IMG/VR virus record: IMGVR_UViG_3300018050_001813
Location: 1 to 64,000 of that record
Source: an uncultured virus (IMG/VR IMGVR_UViG_3300018050_001813)
Taxonomy: Duplodnaviria; Heunggongvirae; Uroviricota; Caudoviricetes
DNA length: 64,000 nucleotides
Reading direction: 5' to 3' (one strand)
A model generated the notes under the pieces. That model did not search any database, was not told the DNA's origin, and saw only the letters and a list, made by a program, of their open reading frames with translations. Below are positions 29,706-40,646 of the stretch, in pieces (positions within the stretch are counted from its first letter, which is position 1; each line of letters opens with the position of its first letter). The position numbers and the translations under genes are program-made.

Positions 29706-31433
29706 ATTAGGAATTAATAGCCTCTGCGTATAATACATTATACTGATTAGCTAGCTTGATTATTTCTTCTTGCGGAGCATTAGAAGCAACAGCCATAGCT
29801 AGTTGAGATCCAAGAACACCAATTCTTTGCCATTTTTTGACTAAAAAATCAGGAGGTATTGGTTTTGGCTTTTCATATCTTGAAGGATATCTACTGTAGG
29901 CCATCAGTTATCTTCAAAGTTTTCTTTGTAAAAAAGAGCCATTTCATGGTCGATCTGCTTTCTGGTAACTTGCATGTCCCGAGCATCGATATACCAAAGT
30001 TTAAAATATTCTTCAGCAACAAATCTCCAACGATTAGCTTCTCTTTCCCAATATTTTACATCTTCTTGAGCACGAGAAACTGAAACTTGAAGATCTTGAA
30101 TTATTGCGTGAGACTCATCCATTACTTGCTCTTATCAAGAAAGTTTTTGATAACAAATATATTACCTAAAATAAGAGTTGTTGCAAAAAAGAATCCGGTA
30201 AAAAAATTCATGTTAACTCCTAACCAAAGTTAATGTGATCTATATTATCTATTATAACACGCAAAGCTTCATCTTCTAAAGCTTGCCAAGCGTTTTGCCA
30301 ATCTTGCCTTAAAAGAATAGCATTATTAGGGTCATTATCCCAAGCTTGAGAATAATGGTTTTCTATTTCGCAATAATTACTTATTACTTTGCGAATGCGC
30401 TGAAGTTCAAGGTTTTCTGTAGCTAATTGTTGTCGCAGTCGTTCAATCTCTTTAGCAGATGCTGTAAGTAAATGGTTTGGCCACGTAGATTCAGCGGCTG
30501 AACGCAACATATCTACAATGTCATCTTGATCGTCAGTCATTGCAGAGCTCCCAGTCTCCACACCACTCGTTACTTTCAACATGTGGCCACTTTGTACCTA
30601 GGCCTACGACAATAATTGGGGCATGCCTACGACATTCGTTTAACTTCTGTGCAGAATACGTTTCGTAATAAATGCAGTTAGAACAAGTGTTATTAACTGT
30701 GATTAATTGATTTTCATATTCTGGTTCTTCAATTGGTTCGCGAAACAAAAGTTCTCCTTTATAATGATTCATAATTATCAGTCATTATATTCGCTAACTA
30801 ATTTAATAATCTGATTATGAAGATCAGCGACTTTTTCTACAGTAGACAAATCATTAGAATATCTAGTGTAAATCTGTAAAACTTGACGACAATAAGCTAT
30901 GTCTCCTAGCATAGGAGTGACATTGTTATCGAAAGAATTTATCCATATCTGCAATGCATCTGCGAGAGCATTCATGATAATGTTAGAATCTTCTATTTGT
31001 ATAAAATAATTTTTGTTGTTTTCTTCCAAAATAGAAACCTTATGGGTAAGAGCATTTATCATAGCTTGTTTCATAGCAAGATGATCCATCAGTAATCTTT
31101 TACCTTACGGTAGATGCTTCTACCCAGAGTAGCTATAGCGAAAAAAATAAATGATATATACACTATGAGTGGCATATCATTGAGAGATTTTTTTTTCATT
31201 TTCTTCCTCTAAATAAATTCTTTCAAGCCAGCGAAAACGGGCATCTGATGTATATTTGTGGTCATAACGATTAATAGGCCATTGATCTCTAGGTATAAGA
31301 GCAACTACAGCTTCTTCTGTTCCACAATCTGAACAAATTTCTTCATTAACAATACGAGAAATAGCGCCCATATATTTGCCAGGAGTAATATTATTAGGAA
31401 TATAAGCTAGACATCTTGGGCATATTGGTTTGT

Positions 31434-31928
31434 TTAACATATTTGAAAACCGCCACAATCAAGTAAAAACTCTGAAAAGTTTGATATATTATCTAAACTA
31501 AGATGATATGATGTTTCAAAGTTAGGAATAGTACCAGTACCTTTGCACGAATGGCATTCTGGATTAGGATCTTTAGGTTGAGTTTTAGGAAAGGGTATTT
31601 CTCCATCGTGAACAAAAGACTCTAAAAGAGAAACGCCAGTACAATGACACGGCTGATTGGAAAGATTATCCAAATAATCTTGACGTTTATCTATGTATTC
31701 TTGAGCTTCACCAGACTCTATTGATTTGCGCAAAGCAAAACCAAGCTTGCGAGAATTAACAGAATTAAGACCATCACCATCATTACTGTGAGCGTACTTA
31801 ACTTTATTGGCTATATCAGGAAGAACATGAATACAGTAATCCCACAAAGGGTGCCAATACCAAACATTGTTACGAAAATAGGATCCTTTTTCTGTTTTTG
31901 GATTCTTTCCGAAAACATCCATTCCCAT
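31434..31928 (-). CDS. Conserved phage hypothetical protein with Zn-finger insert
   Basis: MGMDV.G...YFRNNVWYWHPLW...CHSCKGTG...FL..CGGF.IC; GGAGG RBS. Confidence 0.7.
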   Translation of the reverse strand: MGMDVFGKNPKTEKGSYFRNNVWYWHPLWDYCIHVLPDIANKVKYAHSNDGDGLNSVNSRKLGFALRKSIESGEAQEYIDKRQDYLDNLSNQPCHCTGVSLLESFVHDGEIPFPKTQPKDPNPECHSCKGTGTIPNFETSYHLSLDNISNFSEFLLDCGGFQIC

Positions 31929-31947
31929 GGTTACCTCCAGTGTTTTG

Positions 31948-32020
31948 CTCCGAGAGCAGGGCTCGAACCTGCGACCCGCTGATTAACAGTCAGCTGCTCT
32001 GCCAACTGAGCTATCTCGGA
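31948..32020 (-). tRNA. tRNA-Asn(GTT)
   Basis: Reverse complement TCCGAGATAGCTCAGTTGGCAGAGCAGCTGACTGTTAATCAGCGGGTCGCAGGTTCGAGCCCTGCTCTCGGAG. Confidence 0.95.
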
Positions 32021-32218
32021 TAGGGTTTACAATCAAGTTCAGCTGTATGAAAAAGAAATTTTCTTACGAGTAATATAAAACATTATTATGGAGATAAGAG
32101 TCTCCATAAGTTTAAGTATAGACTGAAACTCTTTAATACTTTTCATCAATTTAATCAAAAATAATTTAAGCTTTGACGAAAAGTCTTTGAGCATCTTTTT
32201 TCCTTTGTGAGGTTGTGT

Positions 32219-32611
32219 CTATTCAATTCTTTCCATAAGTTTAAGAGTAACCATATTTGGAGTGCATCTATGGGTTGGAACATCACTAATTCCAACAAGC
32301 ATAGTGAGAATAGATCCGCATCCTGGACATTTCCATTTAGAACCTTTTTTAGTAGATTCTAACATATCTTGATAGTTGACTGGTTTAGGATGCAGCATGC
32401 TATGAACTTTGGAAACTGAAAGATCAGAAAGTTCAGAGGAGTTATTTTTGGGTGCAACTTGTGGTTCAGATATTTTTACTTCTGGCGGCGCAAGCTTTAT
32501 AGCTGTGCTTTCCAAAGAAATGCACGCAGGGCAAAGTAGCGGTTTTCTTCCACGGAGTCTAGTTCTTTTCCAAGTGGAAGAGCAAGAAATGCAAGTAAGT
32601 TCTTCCTCCAT
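32219..32611 (-). CDS. Zn-finger protein
   Basis: CISC...CPAC...CPGC...HRC. Confidence 0.65.
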   Translation of the reverse strand: MEEELTCISCSSTWKRTRLRGRKPLLCPACISLESTAIKLAPPEVKISEPQVAPKNNSSELSDLSVSKVHSMLHPKPVNYQDMLESTKKGSKWKCPGCGSILTMLVGISDVPTHRCTPNMVTLKLMERIE

Positions 32612-32624
32612 AAGAATCCTTTAA

Positions 32625-32990
32625 TTAACGAGAAAAGTTTATTTTTTCCTTTGATATTACCATAGCTTTAGGTATGTTTATGACCATACAAAAGTAATTA
32701 TCTATAGTAACAGTAGAAGCTATAGTGTAATAATTTGATTTTCCATTGTCAGAAATAAGATAGCCTACAGTATGACAAATGTAGTCTTCTCTTTCTATGG
32801 AAGAACAATCATGCCAGTCATCAGTTTCGGAAAAAGCGTCTCTCCAAATAATATGGTAAACAGGGGCATCTTTTGTTAGTGATTTAATTTTATCTTTTTT
32901 AATAAAAGATTTTACTTTTTTTTCACTAACTTGCTCGATAGGTAATATATTTTCTGCGGATTGCTGAGGTTCTTCAATTCTCTTTGACAT
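32625..32990 (-). CDS. Hypothetical phage protein
   Basis: IIWRDA...CHTVGYL...IPKAMV pattern; AGGAG RBS. Confidence 0.65.
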   Translation of the reverse strand: MSKRIEEPQQSAENILPIEQVSEKKVKSFIKKDKIKSLTKDAPVYHIIWRDAFSETDDWHDCSSIEREDYICHTVGYLISDNGKSNYYTIASTVTIDNYFCMVINIPKAMVISKEKINFSR

Positions 32991-33163
32991 ATTAGTCTCC
33001 TAGGATAATATAGCTATTAATGTATATTATACCAAAAAACTAATTAGTTTTGGTCAAAGAATCATAATTTACATAATAAGTTGTACCAAAGACAATTTTG
33101 GCTATATTATGGATTTCATCAGAGTTGCTGTAATAATCGCTGGGAGTTAAAAATAAAGTGTTT

Positions 33164-33454
33164 TTATGTCTGGCTTTGTTCTTGCTTTTTCGTCTCTTGC
33201 TCAATGTTCACCGGTCCAGACTGTTCGGATGCAAAAGATATTCTTTCAGAAGAATAAGTGTCTCTTATTGTGAGATTAAAATAATTACCCACAGAAGGGG
33301 CTGATATAAGAGATTCATAAACTTTTTTAGGAACTCTATGATAAGCCCAAATGGAGCCACTCTTAAATTCTATGACTAATGTCATAGCAAGCGAGCTCCA
33401 TCCAATAGACTTTATAAAAGAACTATCTTTAGGTTCATTTATATAAATTGACAT
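33164..33454 (-). CDS. KTSC domain protein
   Basis: SSFIKSIGW...LVIEFKSGSIWAY..VP..VY..LISAPSVGNYFN..IR. Confidence 0.85.
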   Translation of the reverse strand: MSIYINEPKDSSFIKSIGWSSLAMTLVIEFKSGSIWAYHRVPKKVYESLISAPSVGNYFNLTIRDTYSSERISFASEQSGPVNIEQETKKQEQSQT

Positions 33455-33462
33455 TAAGAATC

Positions 33463-33930
33463 CTATGGGTAGTTGTGCACAGTTTTAGTAGCATGATCAA
33501 CGTAGAGTACTCTTTGATATATCTCAAATGGAGAAACATACTCACCATTAATAACTTTTACATCTTGACGAACTTGATATGTCAAACCATTAGACCAAGA
33601 AAAACCTTCAACAACATAACCTTGTTTTTTTCTCACGGCATAATATGGTGATGGAGAACCATCTTCCAACATTAAATAGCGGAAAGTAAAAAGAGGTATT
33701 GGAGAAAATAGATATTGACCAGTTTTGTCTTGAACTTTGCCAAAAAAGAGACAAAATTCAGACGACATTTTGTCAATCTCATCAAAAGTATATATATCTG
33801 GAGCACTATATCTGTAATGTAAATAGTTATTAAGATAGTTGTGCTGAAGATATAAGTATGATTCCTCTTCGTCTATATCAGACTCAACAAGATGCACAGT
33901 ATGCAATGTTTTTATAAGAGGATCTATCAT
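33463..33930 (-). CDS. Hypothetical protein
   Basis: 155-aa ORF in a tightly packed operon. Confidence 0.6.
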   Translation of the reverse strand: MIDPLIKTLHTVHLVESDIDEEESYLYLQHNYLNNYLHYRYSAPDIYTFDEIDKMSSEFCLFFGKVQDKTGQYLFSPIPLFTFRYLMLEDGSPSPYYAVRKKQGYVVEGFSWSNGLTYQVRQDVKVINGEYVSPFEIYQRVLYVDHATKTVHNYP

Positions 33931-33934
33931 AATA

Positions 33935-34306
33935 TCACTCGGATGAAATAATAAGTTTTACATATAAAGTTTTACGTTCAATAGCAGTAAGAAATTTTAT
34001 AGCATTGTTGCGCCATTGATTTTCTTCAATAATATATTCTTCGATTTGATCTTGGGAAGCATAGTTATCACGCATATTTTTGATTTCAGCTTTAGTGTTT
34101 GCTTTGAATTGAGTAAGCTGAAGCTCTAGTTCCTTGCGAAGATTGCGAAGACAAAAAAGCCAAAGATCAAGATTATTAAAAAGTATAGTTTTTTCTTCAG
34201 AAGTGCAAGGCTTATTTTTTACGTCACGCAAAACTATATCTTGAAAAGATTTAAGATCACTATCGGTTAATTCAGATATGTGAGAAGTGCTCCATATATC
34301 AGTCAT
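33935..34306 (-). CDS. Hypothetical coiled-coil protein
   Basis: 123-aa ORF with RBS. Confidence 0.6.
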   Translation of the reverse strand: MTDIWSTSHISELTDSDLKSFQDIVLRDVKNKPCTSEEKTILFNNLDLWLFCLRNLRKELELQLTQFKANTKAEIKNMRDNYASQDQIEEYIIEENQWRNNAIKFLTAIERKTLYVKLIISSE

Positions 34307-34314
34307 TTTTTACC

Positions 34315-35049
34315 TTACCGCTTATGAATAAAATCATAAGCTTGTTTTATGTCAATAGAAAAATGCTCTGGTGTATTACCACCAGACTTTAGTATATACA
34401 TTGGGGAATATGTAACAAGTATTGGCCAATAGCCAAGCCACATTATATTTCCGCGAGTCTCTTTAATTTTTATTTGTGAACCAAAAAGAACAGATGCCGG
34501 AGTGGCGCCAAGGCAAAGGATCAACTTTGGATTTAACAATTGCAGTTCAAGATGAAGGTATGGAGAACAATTAATAACTTCCTGTTCTTCATACTTTCTT
34601 CTTACTGGACATCTATTGACATAAGTTAAACAAAGTTGATCTGAAGAAAATCCAGCTTCCTTGAAAGCATTAACCATTAAGGTTATTGCTTCAGGGGATA
34701 TAGAAGGAGAATCAACAACTATAACTACATCTGGATTTTCCACATTCCATTTTGGTAGCTCAGGAACACTATCAATCTTGCATTTTCTACAATTTTTAGT
34801 TACGGTATGTAAATCTTTAATATTTGTAGAAATTTTTCTAGATAAAATATCAACACGAATATCATGAAAAAGTTGAGTAATTTCAGATATTGCCATTCTA
34901 TTTTCTAGCCTAGAATAGATAAGAGATAAAATATCTGTTTCAGCAAAACCTAAATATGCTTCTGAGCTACCAAATGGATGATGATCTTCTTTTTGGGATA
35001 GGGCATTTTCGATAAGCTTTTGAAGATCTAGCTCATCGAAATCTTCCAT
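34315..35049 (-). CDS. Uracil-DNA glycosylase family 4-like protein (degenerate catalytic motifs)
   Basis: CRKC, TYVNRCP, CSPYLHLELQLLNPKLILCLGATPA, TYSP. Confidence 0.75.
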   Translation of the reverse strand: MEDFDELDLQKLIENALSQKEDHHPFGSSEAYLGFAETDILSLIYSRLENRMAISEITQLFHDIRVDILSRKISTNIKDLHTVTKNCRKCKIDSVPELPKWNVENPDVVIVVDSPSISPEAITLMVNAFKEAGFSSDQLCLTYVNRCPVRRKYEEQEVINCSPYLHLELQLLNPKLILCLGATPASVLFGSQIKIKETRGNIMWLGYWPILVTYSPMYILKSGGNTPEHFSIDIKQAYDFIHKR

Positions 35050-35474
35050 CAGAAGCTCGAAGGAATAGAAGCGCTAGACTGAGGAGCTGAAGCCTTTGTA
35101 GCGCCATCGGCAGCTGGCTTTGCGGCTCTACCAGAATAGGTAAGGTGCTCAGCAACAATGACGATTCTGGAACGGGCCTGATCGTCCTGCTTCCAGCGCT
35201 CCTGAACAAGGCGTCCTACAATAGAAATTGTAGAGCCCTTCTTGAGCTTCGACTGGTCAATCTGAGTGCCAACAAAAGTGGCGTTCTTGCTGACAAATCC
35301 AGAGCTGTCCTTGAGGTAGTAAACTACATCAAAATAGCCAGAGTTATTGTCAGTATCCTTATCGGAACCAGAATAATCAACCCCTATTCTGAGCTTCAGT
35401 ATCTTTCCGTTAACGAGTTCTGGATCTGCAACCAGTCCTCCTGTAATATTAATTAGGTTATTAGGGTCTATCAT
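35049..35474 (-). CDS. ssb: Single-stranded DNA-binding protein
   Basis: NITGGLVADPEL...KKGSTISIVGRLVQERWK...RSRIVIVAE OB fold. Confidence 0.85.
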   Translation of the reverse strand: MIDPNNLINITGGLVADPELVNGKILKLRIGVDYSGSDKDTDNNSGYFDVVYYLKDSSGFVSKNATFVGTQIDQSKLKKGSTISIVGRLVQERWKQDDQARSRIVIVAEHLTYSGRAAKPAADGATKASAPQSSASIPSSF

Positions 35475-35706
35475 GGTTTCTCCTGTTCATTGGTTTCTAT
35501 TGCTTTCTCAAAATGATCTACAATCTCTTTGAGATAATTAACTGATATTACTACAGCTTTTTCTGGACCATGTTCCATAATATTATGGTTGATCATGGAA
35601 ACAAATAAATTGTAGATACCAGATTTAAGATCCATAATTATATCAGTAGGAATATAGTCTGGTTGTTCATCTATGAGAGAATATTTCTCATCTTCATTAT
35701 TTTGCA

Positions 35707-36003
35707 TTATTTAACTCTCTTTGATAGTGCGGTATCAATCATTTGACCTAAAGCTTTAATATCATTATAACCTTTATCATACAATATGGAAATAATAGGT
35801 TTAGGGTCAATATGGTTGTATGTAATTAATTGAAGATTAAAAACATCGTTGAGAGTATAAATTCTATAATTGTTTAAATCTCTACGAGGAGCAGGATACT
35901 TTTGGTTTTTTTCTCTGTTTGATACGGTGAGCGTAGTAACATTGAGAATTTGAGCAACCTCAGATCTTGTAAAGATTGGTTCTGAAGTGTATGTTTTAGT
36001 CAA
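35707..36003 (-). CDS. MerR-type HTH DNA-binding protein
   Basis: FTRSEVAQILNVTTLTVSNRE...PRRDLNNYRIYTLND. Confidence 0.8.
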   Translation of the reverse strand: MTKTYTSEPIFTRSEVAQILNVTTLTVSNREKNQKYPAPRRDLNNYRIYTLNDVFNLQLITYNHIDPKPIISILYDKGYNDIKALGQMIDTALSKRVK

Positions 36004-36067
36004 ATTTTTCTACCTTTATTTATGTTTATATAAATATATAGTAGCAAAAAATAAGAGATAATTCAAG

Positions 36068-37207
36068 TCAAATGAGAGAAGAAAGAGAAACAAAAACGTC
36101 AGAAATAACTTTATCTATTGAAGAATGATTCTGAAAAGTTGTTTCAGAGTTGTTAATAAAGTTCTTAACAGCCTCATCAAAATACAAAGGTGGAGACTGA
36201 AGAGAACGAAGATACTTGTAGTATCTATTCTCATTATAGTCATATAGATTTCCAGAATCTTCGGACTCTTCATGGGAAAGGCGAACATCATCAGGATCAA
36301 TTCCGTAATGGTCAAAATAATCAAGAATTCTTGATGTGCCAATTTCTTGAATAGTTGAATGAACTCTTTCAGAGGTACAGGGATTCGGCCAAGGAATGGA
36401 AGATATATCATTAAGAGATATTTTCTCCCAAGCAGAAAAGACATGAGATATAAAAGAATAATCTATATAAAAAGTAAAAGGACTAATCGGTGAAGCGAGA
36501 GGATAAAATGGGTTAGCCGAAAATTCAGAGCGACGGTTAATTTGAAAAATGCATTCAGCAATGTTCATTGTAAGATCAAGGTTTGATCCAGAGTTCCATA
36601 TCCAATTATATGCTGCGTTAACAACGCCAGAAACGCTATTATCATAGCGATTTATTTCTTCCATGCTATCAAACATAGGATTGCACAAAGTGGCATTATT
36701 ATAAAAATTAAGAAGTGGTGGCAAATAAAGTCTTGAAGAAGAAAAGTCAGCACCCTGTAAAGAATGAGACATGAAGTACATAGCTATTTGATTGGGATAA
36801 TGTACTCCATTAAAAACGGAATATGAAACAAAATAAACAGTCCAAGGAATTGGAAGTCTGTATATATAATTCTTAGAATTATCATAATCAATATTGTCAA
36901 TAACAGCAGGGATTACTTGTATGTTATTATACGTAGGAGGACGTTCAAAGATAACAACTTTATTATCAATATGAATTAATCCCGGAGGAAGTATTCCAGT
37001 ATCAAAATGAAGTAAAGAGTTATCATTTGATTTGTTTAGATAGTTGATAACAGGAGATATTAATTCGGGGGAAATATCTACAAAAAGAGAATTAACAGAC
37101 AAACTATTGCGATAACAATCGTAGCCTATAGTATCTTCATAGTTGGGATGATTAAAAGAAAAGCTTCTATAAGAAGAGGAAATGTAATTAAAGTTTGACA
37201 TATTCAT
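36068..37207 (-). CDS. Prokaryotic E2 family D-like protein (paralog 3)
   Basis: FERPP...RLPIPWTVYFV...LYLPPLLNFYNNATLC...WNSGSNLDL. Confidence 0.5.
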   Translation of the reverse strand: MNMSNFNYISSSYRSFSFNHPNYEDTIGYDCYRNSLSVNSLFVDISPELISPVINYLNKSNDNSLLHFDTGILPPGLIHIDNKVVIFERPPTYNNIQVIPAVIDNIDYDNSKNYIYRLPIPWTVYFVSYSVFNGVHYPNQIAMYFMSHSLQGADFSSSRLYLPPLLNFYNNATLCNPMFDSMEEINRYDNSVSGVVNAAYNWIWNSGSNLDLTMNIAECIFQINRRSEFSANPFYPLASPISPFTFYIDYSFISHVFSAWEKISLNDISSIPWPNPCTSERVHSTIQEIGTSRILDYFDHYGIDPDDVRLSHEESEDSGNLYDYNENRYYKYLRSLQSPPLYFDEAVKNFINNSETTFQNHSSIDKVISDVFVSLSSLI

Positions 37208-38816
37208 CCTTAGAAACTACATCATACAATGCGGTTGATTGACAAGGGAAATAAAAATCGTTTTCAATATAAACTTTTAACATTTCCAAATAAAGATCAT
37301 GAAGAGTCAGATCGGAAGAAGAAGGATTAACAAAATAGATTTTAGAATTTTCAAAATTATAAATAGGAATAGAAGAATTTTGAAGAGAATCTAAAACAGA
37401 CTTATTAATATTAATAGGAATATCTCCATTACTTAAGTGGTTGTTAAGATAGTTCATAGGACTGTAAGCAACTGGAGAATTAACTAAAATAATATTAGTA
37501 GTATTGGAATCAAATTCCGCATAAGACATGTTTTTAGCGGAAATGGAACTGATTAAATTACGAATGTAAGAACTATCTAGAACACGATAATTCCTATGTT
37601 GAGACGTAATAGACTCAAAAGAAATAGGCTTAAAAGCAGAAGAATTATGATGATTTGATGCAAATATAGAATTGTCTTTATTCTTATCTATATCTTGATA
37701 CATAAAATCTATTTCTTCAAGAAGAGCTAAAACCTCAGAAAGTGTAAAAGTAGAAATTATAGACAATATTGCATAATGAGAATATTCAGAAGGTAAATTA
37801 GTAAAAAACTTAGAAGGGGCAGATTTATATATGGAATATATCTTAGAGATTTTATTTAATCCTGCTTTTTCCATAGTTTCTTCATCTGGGGAAAAAAGTT
37901 TAATTAGATTAGGAATAGAAGAAAGAAATTTAGGATTAGGATTTTTAGCGTTAAGTTGGTGATAAAATTTATAAGTATAAAGATATAACCAAGCATTAGT
38001 GAGATCTGCATTCCAAGAACCAGCAAAAAACTCGTTGATCATATAGGAATACAATGAAGCAGGAGTTGTATTAGCGTTTTCTAATGGAAGGTCAGAGAGA
38101 CTGCCGGAATAGCATATTCTTGAATCAGTATAAGTATTTGGAAGATATGTCGGATAGTAGTTATCGGACATTGAAGTCAAAGACTTATGAGAAAAATACA
38201 TGTACTGAGATCCACCAGGATAATTTGGATTAAAGACATAGATTGTCCAAGGTATCCAAACAGTTTTTGGTGGAAGCTTTTTTTTATACGCAGAAGCACC
38301 GCCGGGCTTATAATCTACTATGGCTTGAAAAGGAGGACGCTCAACAAATATAGTGCCGTCAGAAGAAATGTATCTTGTTGCTATTGGATAAGCGGATTTA
38401 GGAATAAAAGATTGAAAAGACTCGTTATAAGATTTAGTTAAATCCTCGGTTGGAATTGAACATAAGCGAGAAATTTTAGCTTGCACTAAAGAAGGAGGAG
38501 AAAAAGGTGTTGAATTGTTATCCTTTTTTAGTTTATCAAATTTAACTTTATCTAAAGGATAAGCAGGAGAGAATATGCTATCTATTTCTTCAAGCACATG
38601 AGACTGAGTTGTGTACTGTGACTTGAAAGATTCTACAGTACAATAAACTGCAGCTCTATAACCAGTATTATTAGCAGCATGAACGTATGCATAATAGGAG
38701 CTAATACTGGCACTAGAAGAACTAGGATTATTATTATAATGAATCTCGTAAGAAGAGATATCTTCAGAATTAATTACTGAATAAAAAGAACTGCAAAATT
38801 GAGATTGGAAAGACAT
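37188..38816 (-). CDS. Protein containing a prokaryotic E2 family D-like domain (paralog 2)
   Basis: VERPP...WIPWTIYVF...YPTYLPNTYTDSRIC...FFAGSWNADL. Confidence 0.5.
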   Translation of the reverse strand: MSFQSQFCSSFYSVINSEDISSYEIHYNNNPSSSSASISSYYAYVHAANNTGYRAAVYCTVESFKSQYTTQSHVLEEIDSIFSPAYPLDKVKFDKLKKDNNSTPFSPPSLVQAKISRLCSIPTEDLTKSYNESFQSFIPKSAYPIATRYISSDGTIFVERPPFQAIVDYKPGGASAYKKKLPPKTVWIPWTIYVFNPNYPGGSQYMYFSHKSLTSMSDNYYPTYLPNTYTDSRICYSGSLSDLPLENANTTPASLYSYMINEFFAGSWNADLTNAWLYLYTYKFYHQLNAKNPNPKFLSSIPNLIKLFSPDEETMEKAGLNKISKIYSIYKSAPSKFFTNLPSEYSHYAILSIISTFTLSEVLALLEEIDFMYQDIDKNKDNSIFASNHHNSSAFKPISFESITSQHRNYRVLDSSYIRNLISSISAKNMSYAEFDSNTTNIILVNSPVAYSPMNYLNNHLSNGDIPININKSVLDSLQNSSIPIYNFENSKIYFVNPSSSDLTLHDLYLEMLKVYIENDFYFPCQSTALYDVVSKDEYVKL

Positions 38817-38817
38817 T

Positions 38818-39924
38818 TTAACCTGCCAATAGTGAAGTAATATAACTTTCTTTTTCTACATCTTTGTTTGAATCAGAAATTTCACTTTTTTCATTTTCGG
38901 AAATAGAATGAGAAGTAGATAGATAAGGATCAATATATTGAGTGTATATTGAAGTAGCTTCTTGTAGACACTCATCATAAGAAATAGTTGATGGATAATT
39001 TAAAGTATTAACAGACTGATTGAGTGTATCATTATTAATAATAAATACATGATTACCCGCAGCTGTTAATGAATGATTTAAGGAAAAGTTAATAGAAGAA
39101 GAAGAGTGAGAAGAGGCTATAGTATTTGAAAGTATCTCAGTCTTGATAGGAGAATAAAGTGGGCAAGAAGAAAAAGAATTAAAACTGCCACAAGAAGTAA
39201 AAGATTCACTAGCAAGTTTTGGATGAGAGCACGAATGAAAATCGCTAATAGTATTAGCATATTTATAGTGAGAAGATATAACTACAGGAACTGAATTGTC
39301 TGAAGATGTATGTGAATAATATTCACAAAGTGGAACATCTTGAGCAATAGTGGTGTAGTTAAAAAATGTAATTGTAGGAAATGACCAAGCTATAGAATTT
39401 GGATTAGTGGGAGATTTGCATACAGTAGCAAAAGATAAAATGGAGTGTGAATAGCCAATGGGAAGTTCGGTATTGGCAAAATCACCTTTGCCTAAATAGC
39501 GAGCATAAAGTTTGTTTAGGCTATTTGTAGCTTCAACTAAATTGACAAGAGAAAGGTTGCAGTATAATTCTCCGGAATTAAAATAATCTATAACAAAAGT
39601 TCCACCAGGTATAGATGAGTCATGATTAATAAAAAGATTAAGATCTAAAGGAGTATTTTCTGGAGAAATGTAAGGCTGTATAACAGCTTTGTATACATTG
39701 TTAGAATGGTGAGTAACGGGATAATTAGACATTGGTAAGCTCGCCTTTAGTGGTGAATTAGTAATAGTTTTAAAAGCTTTTTTAAAAGCTGAATCATCTA
39801 TATCAACATTTGAAGGATTAAGAATAGCAGAAATGAGATTTTCTAAAGCTGTAGATTCTGATTTAATAGCAGAAAATTTATCAGAAAAAGAAATAAATTC
39901 ATCAGACATAAATATCAGTACCAA
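38818..39924 (-). CDS. Ser-rich hypothetical protein with Cys cluster
   Basis: Long ORF; CEYY...CSHP...CG...CPLY. Confidence 0.6.
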   Translation of the reverse strand: MVLIFMSDEFISFSDKFSAIKSESTALENLISAILNPSNVDIDDSAFKKAFKTITNSPLKASLPMSNYPVTHHSNNVYKAVIQPYISPENTPLDLNLFINHDSSIPGGTFVIDYFNSGELYCNLSLVNLVEATNSLNKLYARYLGKGDFANTELPIGYSHSILSFATVCKSPTNPNSIAWSFPTITFFNYTTIAQDVPLCEYYSHTSSDNSVPVVISSHYKYANTISDFHSCSHPKLASESFTSCGSFNSFSSCPLYSPIKTEILSNTIASSHSSSSINFSLNHSLTAAGNHVFIINNDTLNQSVNTLNYPSTISYDECLQEATSIYTQYIDPYLSTSHSISENEKSEISDSNKDVEKESYITSLLAG

Positions 39925-40457
39925 GTAATAAGTTTGGAGTTTTGAATCTGCATAAGTAAATCTTCATTCTGCTGCTGAAGCTCGGAGCATTTAAGCTCTA
40001 AGGATTTAATGTAATCAATATAATACTGATTATCAGCAGAAGCATTAGAGAAGTTATCTATAACTTGATTAAGTATTTTAATATTATCTAAATTAGAAGC
40101 ATTGTCGATGGAATTAAATAGTTCTTCAGTAAATGGTATATGATGTATAAGAACTATTGAGCCAGAAGCTTCACGAATAACATTAAATATTTTTAAGTTG
40201 TTATAAAATCTTTTGTAAAGAACATTGGGCAAAAAGGGATGAACTGTTTTGCGATAAGATGTTTTAGAACAAGTATAAAGATAAAAAGAATAAGAAGACT
40301 GAGATACTTCATTAATAATAGATGAATGAAGAGAATAAGTCTCAGCATAGAGTTGAACATTATCTGATGTAAGTTTTATTGGATTACTTGAAAAAATAGA
40401 TGATTCAAAGTAATTAGATAAATGAGTCAAATCATTAAAACGATGTATTACGGTCAT
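39915..40457 (-). CDS. Hypothetical protein
   Basis: 180-aa ORF in operon. Confidence 0.55.
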   Translation of the reverse strand: MTVIHRFNDLTHLSNYFESSIFSSNPIKLTSDNVQLYAETYSLHSSIINEVSQSSYSFYLYTCSKTSYRKTVHPFLPNVLYKRFYNNLKIFNVIREASGSIVLIHHIPFTEELFNSIDNASNLDNIKILNQVIDNFSNASADNQYYIDYIKSLELKCSELQQQNEDLLMQIQNSKLITWY

Positions 40458-40646
40458 GAGATTACCTCTATGGAGTATAGTTCAACTTTGCCAGTTTTTA
40501 TGAACTCTTGAAGAGTAGTTGAAGCTACGTGCAAAGACGTTATTGTTGGATAAATAGATTTAGCTAAAGGATATATTTGACTAAGATAAGTTATGTTTTG
40601 TAAAAGAAGTTTGGAATAACTATCTACAAACAATACGCAAGAAGAA

